A stretch of 63,357 bases of DNA, counting the filler, from Candidatus Zapsychrus exili (GTDB lineage Bacteria > Omnitrophota > Gorgyraeia > Zapsychrales > Zapsychraceae), in assembly GCA_030765585.1 (NCBI GenBank). It is 5 parts of 5 records of this genome, joined end to end, with 100 filler letters (N's around TTAATTAATTAA, not from the genome) between each part and the next. Parts side by side here need not be neighbours in the genome. Positions count along the whole stretch, not along the records: positions 1 to 27,590 come from JAVCCJ010000027.1; 4 more parts are not named here. One strand, 5' to 3'. A program made the translations under genes and the position numbers. Positions 9,075 through 17,309 of this stretch are shown here, piece after piece (position 1 is the stretch's first letter; the number at the start of each line of letters is the position of its first letter). A model generated the notes under the pieces. The model was not told where the DNA came from, made no database searches, and saw nothing but the letters and a program-made list of their open reading frames with translations.

Positions 9075-12000
9075 TTAATCTTTTTTTATCGCTAGTGACA
9101 ACTGCAAATTATCATCACTATTGTCGCTATTATTATCATCGCTTTGGTCTACAAGCCCTAATAATGGCAAGACGCTATCAATTGGGGTTATATTAATAAT
9201 TACTGGAACAAATCCTTTAATATCCATATCAAGCAGAGGTTCAAAAGCCTTTGAGTCAAAGATAATATCATCGCCACTTCCTTGAACGTCGAACTCGATG
9301 CTATTTAAGTCGATACCGCCAATATCAGAAACCATTGCTTTGTCCGTAAACTCAAAACCATGTTCTTTTGTTAATTTTTGTAGCGGAACAAGAAAAAATT
9401 TATAACAATCATGTAAAATAGAATGTCCTGTTTTCTTGAAAGAAATTTCCATAATACTGTCGTTTGATAAATCAATTATATCATCTATTAACTGATTATA
9501 TCTCTCAGAGAATTCTATGATATCAAGAATTCTTTCCTCAGTTCGCACACTAATCTCTTTTATTGCTCCTTCATAATTCCCGTTTATAGACTCCTGTAAA
9601 TTATCTTTCATATTTATAAAAGTAGGAAATGCCAACCCGGGTCCCTCCATAAAAGAATAATAAAAATCGCTCACACCATGAGCATTTATTGCTTTTTTCA
9701 AATCACCATTTAAGTCAAAGACAACAAGTCTCTGTTGGTCATAATTATTCTTATTATCAACCTTAATTATTTCCATTTTTCTATATATTAAATCAAACTT
9801 TTCCTCTATATTGTTACAAATAACAAAAAACTCCTTCAACATTTCTTCACGTCCTTCATATGTCCCTTCTTCTGAAAAATTCTTTATTGCATCTTTATTG
9901 CTTAAATACCATTCTTTTAAAGCCTCAACATCATCACTAAGACTTTTATTGTTAATTTTTTCGTTATTTATTTCACGCATTCGTTCAGCAGCAACTTGAT
10001 AAAACTTTAAAGTGTATACAATATCCCCCTGTCTTTTTTTAACATTAATAAGCTGCTTATCGCTAAAATTCGGCATATTAAGCGTATTGTCCCCTGCTAG
10101 CATGGCATTATCTTTGCCCATGCTACCAAACAAGTCATCAGCTATAAAATTTTGTTCTCCTGAAACCTGAAACCTTGAACCTGACACCTGTTTTTCAGCC
10201 ACCATCGCTTTATCAATACTTTCTCCATCTAAAATAGGAGCGTCCACATCCGTCTTCTTCGAATCTTCAATAACTTTTTTTGTTAATTGTAAATATTTAT
10301 TATTACCAGACTCAACAAAAACCAATTTAATAATATCAGAATCTTTCATATCTTCTTTAATCTCAGAAATAAGCCAAAGTGTCCTTCCTTTTAATATCTT
10401 TATAGCTACCTTAAAAGAACCTTTTCTTTTTAACATTATCTTATGCAATCCATCAGTATCGTAAATCGTACGTTCCCCTAAAATATGACTAAAAGCTTGC
10501 TCTACTAAAATAACATTATCACTTGAATCCTCCAAAACCCTAAGAACGCCAAATTGCTCACTATAAGCAAATTGACCTTTTTTAAGAGACGTAAATGCAC
10601 CATCAAGATAATATTTTCCTGGTTCCATAGAAGTGGTCATCATGGAGTTATCTTCACCCGTACTACTAAACAAGTCGTCAACTATAAGCTTTTGTTCTCT
10701 TGAAACCTGAAACCTTGAACCTAACACCTGTTTTTCTGTCACCATCGCTTTATCAGAAGATGCATATTCCAAAGTCATTTCTTCCAGAGGAACAATAATT
10801 GCATCTAACGCGTCATGGTCTACTATCGCGGCTGCCAATGTTTCTCCACCATTATCTGAATCCTTATATAAAGGTGAAGATAGAGATATAGGCTTAAATA
10901 TAACCCCGAAAGACTCTCTTCTTTTTTTCTTTAAAACATCAGGTAACTTTGATTTTAAGAATGTTTCAAGGCCAATTCCCTTGGCTGCATGCCCATTAGA
11001 TGAATATAATTTTATAAGATCATACAATTCCAAAAATCCATCATGAACCAGCTCATCAAAATCGTTAGTATCTATATCTGCAAAAGCTGTTTTAAAATTT
11101 CTCTTATACATTATCAACGATACTTCTTCTTTGACTAACCATATATATTGCTCAACTAAGACGGCCAGCTTATTATCATCTCCGCCTCTAACAGCATCTA
11201 TTACATCTTTTTCTTCACCTTTAGACAAGACCTCTTGATCGTTATAATAATCTCTTATTGCCAAATGATTACGTCTATATGCTTTAGATATCCCCTCTAG
11301 ACTTCCAATCCTTTCAAGCGCTTTATATGCAGTTAAAATACTAACCCCAAAATATTTTGCTATTCTATGTAAATCAGCCTTAGGATGTTGTTTTCTGTAT
11401 AATTTTAAACTAACTGAATCGATCTTATAATTGCGTCCCCCACCCTTTCTTGTGTAAGCAACATTATGATATTTAATAGCGTCTATTATTGTCTCTACGC
11501 AAGTCTCAAAATGATCTGCTATTTGCTGCTGTATATCTTTAGGATTTGCATCTATATATTCTTGTAACTCTTTCTTTCCTATAATACGCTCACCCTCACG
11601 AGTTTTAAGAATATAGGGAATATTATGCTTCCTTATTGATTTTGAAATAGCTGAATCTACCACCCCAAAATGCTGCGCTATTTTATTTAAATTTGCCTCA
11701 GGATATCTTTTTATATAATTGCTAAGCTTTTTTAAATCTACTTTATATTGACCATGCACCTTCGGTGTATAATCAACTCCATAAAAACTAATAGCATCTC
11801 TTATTGTTTCTTTATGAACTCCGAAACTATCCGCTATTTGCTGTTGAGTAAAATCAGGATGTTTAAGAATAAAACCTTTTAACTTACCTTGATTTACAAT
11901 CCTTTCTCCATCGTAACTTTTAATTGTGTAAGAAATGCTATGTTTTTTTATCCTACGCGATATTGTGGCTCTACTAACTCCAAAATAAAAAGCTATCTCA

Positions 12001-14627
12001 TCTATGTTCTTTTTTGGATTTCTTTTTATATATCTAATTAACTTGTCTATATCTAATATGTCCGAGGCTACACCTTTATAATCAATTCCACTTCTTTCAA
12101 TAGCTCGCTTTATGGTTTCTCTTCCAACTTTAAATTGTTTAGCAAGCTTCGTTAGAGATATCTTTGGGTTAACTAAAATGACAACTCTTAATTTATCAAT
12201 ATCAATATCAGCAACTGTTCTATCTTTAAAGTCAATATCATAAACAACTACTGACTTCCCAACCGCTTCAATCGTATATCCAAAATAATTTCCTATTGTT
12301 CTTAACAAAGCATCCTCGTGCGTTTCTATATATTCTCTTAAAAGCTCTTCTGACACTAAAGTCTCAAGGCGATGTTTGGGCGCATACTCTATTCCGTAAA
12401 GCTTAAAGGCTCGTCTTAAAGTATCCCTACTAACACCAAAATGATCATCTATGTTTTGCTTACTTATATAAGGATTCGCTTTTATATAACTTTTAAGTTC
12501 TATCTCATCGACAATTGATAAAAGAGCATTATTGTTAGTGGCTCCTTTAGATGTTGCCACCATTGCATGATCACCTTTAATATTTTTCAAATGACGTTTC
12601 TTAGTAGTAAGCACCATACGCTTTGAAGCGCTACGCCTCTCATTAGAAATCTTTTCTATGTCATAACGTATATAAGCCCCATATTCATCCGCCTCTGCAC
12701 TAAGATCAATTGATCTAACGTCATAGTTGTCATAAGTTAAGAAAAACTTCCCATCTTCTTTCATGAGAGGATGAATAATATAAAACAAATAACCAAATAA
12801 ATTTTGTGCAGGGGTGATGTAGTCCATTCCATTTGTACTAATTAAGAAATCAATAGAATTCTTTTCAAAAAATTCTCCAAAATCAAAGGCTTCTGCAAAA
12901 ATCAGGCGATCAATAGTGGTACCATTATTTATCCAACCTTGAAAAATAATATCACCAAATCCATGGTATTTAACATTTTTAATATCTGGATAATATTTCT
13001 TCATTGTATCCTTAAAATCTTGAAGCATATTAAGCTCTTCTTCTAATTCTCCAATTCCCCAATCAACAACATTAATAATCTGATCTGGATTTTTCATTGC
13101 CTTAGCAGCTATTTTGTGTACAAAGACTGGCGCACCGCCCCTCTTTTCCTTAGGGAAAAAGATAAGATCAGCATAAGGCGCATTTATTCCTAAGGATGAA
13201 TATCCTTGCGGGACAGCATTTCGAAGAAACTTTATCTTATTTTTTTCATCTTTTGTAATCGTGTATGCATTACTCTTGCTCTCTGAAAGAGCAGTTACAA
13301 TTTCTTCTAACTTATCTTGAGACGCAACAGACTCGATAATAGTGCCAGTTGAAACTTGAACTCTTGAAAGAACAATATCTGAGGCTCTTGTCACCATCGC
13401 CTTGTCGTTATCCGAAAACTCTAACCTAACCTCCATTGTAGATTCGGCCCCAACTTCTGAATTCTTTACCGTCATTGCATTATCAGTTCTTTTGACAGTC
13501 AGCGCCTGATCTTTAAAACCACCTGAGAAATATTTCTTAGGAATTATTTGCTTTGCGACAGGGTCGTATTCTTGCTTGATGTAATTGTAGACACCTTTTT
13601 TGTAAGCATCCATGTATTGATTGTAGATATCTTCTGGTTTCGTCATTGCGAGCGCATTTTGCGAAGCAATCTCATAATGAGAGATTGCCACGTCGGCTTG
13701 ATTTTCTGACTGCCTCCTCGCAATGACATCAGAAGATTTGATGCCTTCTACTTTATTTTTATCAATATAAATTTGCGACAAGATACTATTCTTAACCTTT
13801 TGCTTATACCATTTAGCAAGAATAAGTGAATGATATATCTGGCGAAGCGATGCAAAATGTTCACCTTCATTTACTTCGCGCTCTATAGCAGGGATTATTA
13901 TTTCTTTAATAATGGAAGATGAATTGTTTTGTTTTTTTCTATCTTCTATCTTCAACCCTCTATCCTCTTGCAAATAATCTTGTTCCAGCATTACTTTCAT
14001 CTTTGACTCAACTACATAAACCGTTGCGCCATTTTCATAAATTGTCGCACTCTCTGGAAGTATCCATACTTTATTAAACGTATCAGTAGGAATACTCGAA
14101 ACTCCATACTTATCTTTGGCTTGCTTATATATTTTTTCCCAAAATTTCTTACCCAGCTCTCCTTCTGGATGCATCAAAGATGCTGTTAATTGTTTTAGAA
14201 TATAATCTTGAGCTAAAAGATCCATTCCAAGCTCTGTCTTGCCTAAAGCATCTGGAACGATTCGGTCGCGTTCTGTTGGGGATAAATTAACCCACAAATC
14301 TCCTTTAGGCACTGTCATTGAAGCTAGAAAGTAGTTTACTAGTCTTTTAGATTCTTTTTTAAGATCTTCTCCTTTTAGGCTAGAATGACCATTATCAATA
14401 ATAAAATCAAACTTAAACGGGTCTTCTGGATGGACTGTCATACCTCTTAGCAAGGTTGGGACATGTGCAGAGCTTTGGGTAAGCATCGCGCCTGACACAG
14501 GCATATTTACCACATTCTGGGCAAAAGACAGCGAAGGCGCAATTGAGCTAAAGATTAGCAAGAAAACAAGTAAAAAACAAATAGCAGAATGTACAGGTTT
14601 TTGCTTGTTTTTGTTAAATAAGGTCAT
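9075..14627 (-). CDS. Giant modular secreted protein (1850 aa): conserved N-domain, DxAM-separated cargo modules (MTase-like, 8xHTH, sigma70-like, two unknown), GGIDLN C-domain
   Basis: Signal peptide (..SLSFAQ); N-domain aligns with 54304-57537; 8 DxAM/DNSM motifs; recognizable cargo motifs. Confidence 0.8.
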   Translation of the reverse strand: MTLFNKNKQKPVHSAICFLLVFLLIFSSIAPSLSFAQNVVNMPVSGAMLTQSSAHVPTLLRGMTVHPEDPFKFDFIIDNGHSSLKGEDLKKESKRLVNYFLASMTVPKGDLWVNLSPTERDRIVPDALGKTELGMDLLAQDYILKQLTASLMHPEGELGKKFWEKIYKQAKDKYGVSSIPTDTFNKVWILPESATIYENGATVYVVESKMKVMLEQDYLQEDRGLKIEDRKKQNNSSSIIKEIIIPAIEREVNEGEHFASLRQIYHSLILAKWYKQKVKNSILSQIYIDKNKVEGIKSSDVIARRQSENQADVAISHYEIASQNALAMTKPEDIYNQYMDAYKKGVYNYIKQEYDPVAKQIIPKKYFSGGFKDQALTVKRTDNAMTVKNSEVGAESTMEVRLEFSDNDKAMVTRASDIVLSRVQVSTGTIIESVASQDKLEEIVTALSESKSNAYTITKDEKNKIKFLRNAVPQGYSSLGINAPYADLIFFPKEKRGGAPVFVHKIAAKAMKNPDQIINVVDWGIGELEEELNMLQDFKDTMKKYYPDIKNVKYHGFGDIIFQGWINNGTTIDRLIFAEAFDFGEFFEKNSIDFLISTNGMDYITPAQNLFGYLFYIIHPLMKEDGKFFLTYDNYDVRSIDLSAEADEYGAYIRYDIEKISNERRSASKRMVLTTKKRHLKNIKGDHAMVATSKGATNNNALLSIVDEIELKSYIKANPYISKQNIDDHFGVSRDTLRRAFKLYGIEYAPKHRLETLVSEELLREYIETHEDALLRTIGNYFGYTIEAVGKSVVVYDIDFKDRTVADIDIDKLRVVILVNPKISLTKLAKQFKVGRETIKRAIERSGIDYKGVASDILDIDKLIRYIKRNPKKNIDEIAFYFGVSRATISRRIKKHSISYTIKSYDGERIVNQGKLKGFILKHPDFTQQQIADSFGVHKETIRDAISFYGVDYTPKVHGQYKVDLKKLSNYIKRYPEANLNKIAQHFGVVDSAISKSIRKHNIPYILKTREGERIIGKKELQEYIDANPKDIQQQIADHFETCVETIIDAIKYHNVAYTRKGGGRNYKIDSVSLKLYRKQHPKADLHRIAKYFGVSILTAYKALERIGSLEGISKAYRRNHLAIRDYYNDQEVLSKGEEKDVIDAVRGGDDNKLAVLVEQYIWLVKEEVSLIMYKRNFKTAFADIDTNDFDELVHDGFLELYDLIKLYSSNGHAAKGIGLETFLKSKLPDVLKKKRRESFGVIFKPISLSSPLYKDSDNGGETLAAAIVDHDALDAIIVPLEEMTLEYASSDKAMVTEKQVLGSRFQVSREQKLIVDDLFSSTGEDNSMMTTSMEPGKYYLDGAFTSLKKGQFAYSEQFGVLRVLEDSSDNVILVEQAFSHILGERTIYDTDGLHKIMLKRKGSFKVAIKILKGRTLWLISEIKEDMKDSDIIKLVFVESGNNKYLQLTKKVIEDSKKTDVDAPILDGESIDKAMVAEKQVSGSRFQVSGEQNFIADDLFGSMGKDNAMLAGDNTLNMPNFSDKQLINVKKRQGDIVYTLKFYQVAAERMREINNEKINNKSLSDDVEALKEWYLSNKDAIKNFSEEGTYEGREEMLKEFFVICNNIEEKFDLIYRKMEIIKVDNKNNYDQQRLVVFDLNGDLKKAINAHGVSDFYYSFMEGPGLAFPTFINMKDNLQESINGNYEGAIKEISVRTEERILDIIEFSERYNQLIDDIIDLSNDSIMEISFKKTGHSILHDCYKFFLVPLQKLTKEHGFEFTDKAMVSDIGGIDLNSIEFDVQGSGDDIIFDSKAFEPLLDMDIKGFVPVIINITPIDSVLPLLGLVDQSDDNNSDNSDDNLQLSLAIKKD
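10108..10754. repeat. Duplicated ~107-bp inter-module linker (10108-10214 and 10648-10754)
   Basis: Offset 540 bp; both encode DKAMVxEKQVxGSRFQVSxEQxxIxDDLFxSxGxDNxM; contain TGAAACC-type heptamers. Confidence 0.9.
13642..13727. repeat. In-frame palindromic element (RPE/REP-like) copy A
   Basis: GTCATTGCGAG...GAAGCAATCTC...GAGATTGCCAC...CTCGCAATGAC; encodes VIARRQSENQADVAISHYEIASQNALAMT. Confidence 0.85.
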
Positions 14628-14880
14628 TTTTTAGTCTCTTTTTATTTATTTTTACCCCGTAGTGCTTGCTTTTCTCATATTTACGAGGTTAATTCGCCCA
14701 TCAAGCTTAATGTTCGCTTTCGCTCCGTAAGCTTGGGGCTCATTAAAAAGCCACTTCCACACACAGCAAGACTGCTATCTGTAAAAATGGCTGGATATTA
14801 TTAATATTATTTATCTTTAAATATTACTAAAAATATAACATATTATTATAGAAAAGCAAATTTTTCTAAAGACTTTGCAG

Positions 14881-14946
14881 CAAAAAAAATGGGGACAGAC
14901 AGGAGATATGGGTATTTACCTGTTTCCATATCTCCCGCCTGTCCCC
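14881..14946 (-). terminator. Long-stem intrinsic terminator after 14973-15359
   Basis: TGGGGACAGACAGGAGATATGG / CCATATCTCCCGCCTGTCCCCA stem followed on the minus strand by a T-run. Confidence 0.75.
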
Positions 14947-14972
14947 ACTCTATATTTTTTACCCGCCTACTT

Positions 14973-15359
14973 TTATCCTATATATCCAAAAATACTAAGA
15001 CCAACACCTACAATAATAACTAATATCAAGTGCAATTTAAGCAAGTTTGCATTCTTTAGATAATTCTCTGAAAACTTACATATACTTTTAGGAAAAGCAA
15101 TAAGCCATATACCCTTGATGATACCACCCCAACCAAAGATAGTTATGGCAACCGCCCAACTGACTGTCCATACATTATGAGTAAGAACAATGAGTAATCC
15201 AATGATGAGCGCGAGTATTCCTCCTAAATAAATTAAAGCAGAATTCTTTAAAAAATCTTCCATAATTGTCTGATAGGTCTTAAGATTTAATAAAACTCCT
15301 AGCCCAACAATTATGCAGTACGGTCCGATAAGCTTTGCAAGAAATACTGAGTTTTCCAT
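14973..15359 (-). CDS. Hypothetical 4-TM membrane protein
   Basis: Hydrophobic; LAKLIGP...HNVW...W...IT..GW...KG pattern of a common uncharacterized family; GGAG RBS. Confidence 0.8.
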   Translation of the reverse strand: MENSVFLAKLIGPYCIIVGLGVLLNLKTYQTIMEDFLKNSALIYLGGILALIIGLLIVLTHNVWTVSWAVAITIFGWGGIIKGIWLIAFPKSICKFSENYLKNANLLKLHLILVIIVGVGLSIFGYIG

Positions 15360-15514
15360 AATTTTTCTCCAATCTCTAATATCTAGTATTTAATGACTCT
15401 TAAATTATATTACTTTCTTTTAAGTTTTCAAGATTAATAGTTTATTATCATCTGGCGGGAAAATGAGGATTAAACAAAAGGTATTAAAAGCACAACTAAC
15501 ATCTCTACATGAAT

Positions 15515-15793
15515 CTAATTGTTTTTCAGAAATCGCTTAATATCGTCATGATTTCCGGCAAGTACAAATTCCACTAGATCGCCTTGCCATCTGAACAAAA
15601 TTCTAGCCTTAATACCCTAGCGCGCCTCCCAAAAATCTTTTCTTAATCGTTTTAAACCAACACCCTTATGAATATCTCTATCCTGAGATAGCATATCTAT
15701 TAATTGCATGGACGCTTCTTTTATTTCTTCCTTTTCTTTTGCAGAAAAAGAATTTATAGATTTATTAAATGAAGGTTTAAATTCAATTCTCAT
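15515..15793 (-). pseudogene. RelE/ParE-like toxin interrupted by in-frame TAG at 15617-15619
   Basis: Manual translation MRIEFKPSFNKS...GLKRLRKDFWEAR*GIKARILFRW...LAGNHDDIKRFLKNN; start overlaps the antitoxin stop (ATGA). Confidence 0.75.
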
Positions 15794-16053
15794 AAATTCT
15801 TAAGATACTTCTTAGCAGCAACAACATCTGTAAAACTTTTACCTTTTTCAGTAGCTAGTTTTTCTATTTTGGTCCACTCTTTTTCTGTATATGGAGATTT
15901 AGCTATAACCTCACAAGGAACCAGAACTACTCCATCTTTTGTTATTCCAAATCCAACTGACGAACCTTCTTTTAGATGCAAAAGCTTTCTAATACGATTA
16001 GGTATTGTAATCTGTCCCTTTGTAGTTATTTTTGCTATTTCTGTTATTGTCAT
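15790..16053 (-). CDS. AbrB/MazE-family antitoxin
   Basis: AKITTKGQITIPNRIRKLL swapped-hairpin motif; TTGACA-N17-TATCCT promoter upstream (16125-16130). Confidence 0.85.
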   Translation of the reverse strand: MTITEIAKITTKGQITIPNRIRKLLHLKEGSSVGFGITKDGVVLVPCEVIAKSPYTEKEWTKIEKLATEKGKSFTDVVAAKKYLKNL

Positions 16054-16146
16054 GAGAGTCTCCTTTTTTTCTTTTTATTATTTCCTTACATCCTTACTTA
16101 AAGGATACCCTACAAATCTTTAAATGTCAATAGCCTGCTTAACACT

Positions 16147-16180
16147 AAAAAAATCCCCCAAACCAACTGATCTGGGGGAT
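16147..16180 (-). terminator. Intrinsic terminator downstream of lexA
   Basis: ATCCCCCA/TGGGGGAT stem then T-run on the minus strand. Confidence 0.65.
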
Positions 16181-16282
16181 AAGTTTTATATTTTTACTAT
16201 CTATCCGCCAATTCATCTATGATGAATGGTGAGACCTCGACAATCCGCCACACTTTTTGGCGGATGGCGGGCTATCTATTTT

Positions 16283-16885
16283 TTATTTATAACTTCTTAA
16301 AACTTTTATAACCTTACCAGCTATTGAAACCTCTGTAGTGACCGGTATTGGCTGATACGCATCATTGGCTGGATCAAGAAAATAACCACCATCGCGCTTT
16401 CTTAGCATCTTAACAGTGGCGTCCTCTTGGCCAATTAAAGCCACAACAATATCACCATGTTCAGCAGACTCCTGTTTTTTAATAAGAATAAAATCACCTG
16501 AGAAAATACCAGCGTCTTTCATACTGTCACCCTTAACGCGCAAGGCAAATATATCCTTATCAGGAAATATCATATCATCCATATCAAGATAGCCTTCCAA
16601 ATCTTCAACTGCATATGCAGGCATACCTGCTCTTACACGCCCTAATACCGGAACCTTAAAAAGCTGCTCGCGAACTAATCTGATACCGCGGGATGTGTTT
16701 TTAGATATAGAAATAAAGCCCTTTTTAACAAGCGCCTTTAGGTGATCCTGCACCGCCCCAACTGATAAGCTAAAGTTGTCAGCAAGTTCTCTTATTGTAG
16801 GTGGAAAATTATCATCACGAATAGATTTGTAGATATGCTTTAAAACTTGAAACTGTTTCTCTGTAAGATTGGCTGTTTCGTTCAT
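16283..16885 (-). CDS. lexA: SOS repressor LexA
   Basis: PPTIRELA wHTH, VRAG cleavage region (Ala-Gly), GDSM serine, ATVK lysine. Confidence 0.95.
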   Translation of the reverse strand: MNETANLTEKQFQVLKHIYKSIRDDNFPPTIRELADNFSLSVGAVQDHLKALVKKGFISISKNTSRGIRLVREQLFKVPVLGRVRAGMPAYAVEDLEGYLDMDDMIFPDKDIFALRVKGDSMKDAGIFSGDFILIKKQESAEHGDIVVALIGQEDATVKMLRKRDGGYFLDPANDAYQPIPVTTEVSIAGKVIKVLRSYK

Positions 16886-17022
16886 TTTAATCTTTCCTTC
16901 TTTTCAGGTGATTTAAGATAATTATCGCTTGTAATAACTTTTTGCCTTGTTCTTTTCTCAAGATCTTTTCTTGCATTCTTAGCAACCGTCCCTCCATCGC
17001 GCGAAACTTTCTTGTGAACCAA
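16882..17022 (-). pseudogene. C-terminal remnant of a Bro-N/antirepressor-like protein
   Basis: Reads VHKKVSRDGGTVAKNARKDLEKRTRQKVITSDNYL, like the GG.VA.NAR..LE...G..V.S..NYL tail of Bro-N proteins (recalled); its stop overlaps the lexA ATG. Confidence 0.5.
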
Positions 17023-17205
17023 ATTTTTTATTAGCCGCCATATGAGTAAGCGACCCCTCTGCTCCCAAATATGCTATTTGCAATTGTTTTTCTAAAGACA
17101 AAGATCCTGCAGTCTGTATCAAGAGGAGGTGGCAATTTGCCCCCACCCTTTGGACAGTTCAAGACTCTTTAAAATTTCAATATCATGTACTATCACTTTA
17201 AATTC

Positions 17206-17235
17206 TTTATACCATACATATGTATGGGCTGTCAA
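17206..17235 (-). promoter_or_regulatory. Sigma70 promoter toward lexA with a perfect 16-bp palindrome (candidate LexA box)
   Basis: TTGACA-N18-TATAAA with extended -10 TG; CCATACATATGTATGG at 17212-17227. Confidence 0.65.
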
Positions 17236-17251
17236 GAATTTTCCATATATA

Positions 17252-17279
17252 ATGAAAGGGGCGCGGAAACCGCGCCCCT
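17252..17279 (-). terminator. Intrinsic terminator after 17310-18170
   Basis: AGGGGCGCGG-AAA-CCGCGCCCCT perfect stem. Confidence 0.8.
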
Positions 17280-17309
17280 ACTTGATTCTAAAACCTAGCA
17301 CCTACTTTT

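Noticed and set aside
15617..15619. Amber codon as evidence of genetic-code reassignment
   Set aside because: TAG ends several intact genes here (e.g. 5830, 22891, 24040); a single case is better explained as a nonsense mutation
16201..16272. ATCCGCC...GGCGG short inverted repeats downstream of lexA
   Set aside because: Probably a small REP-like hairpin, but single and degenerate here, so it cannot be assigned
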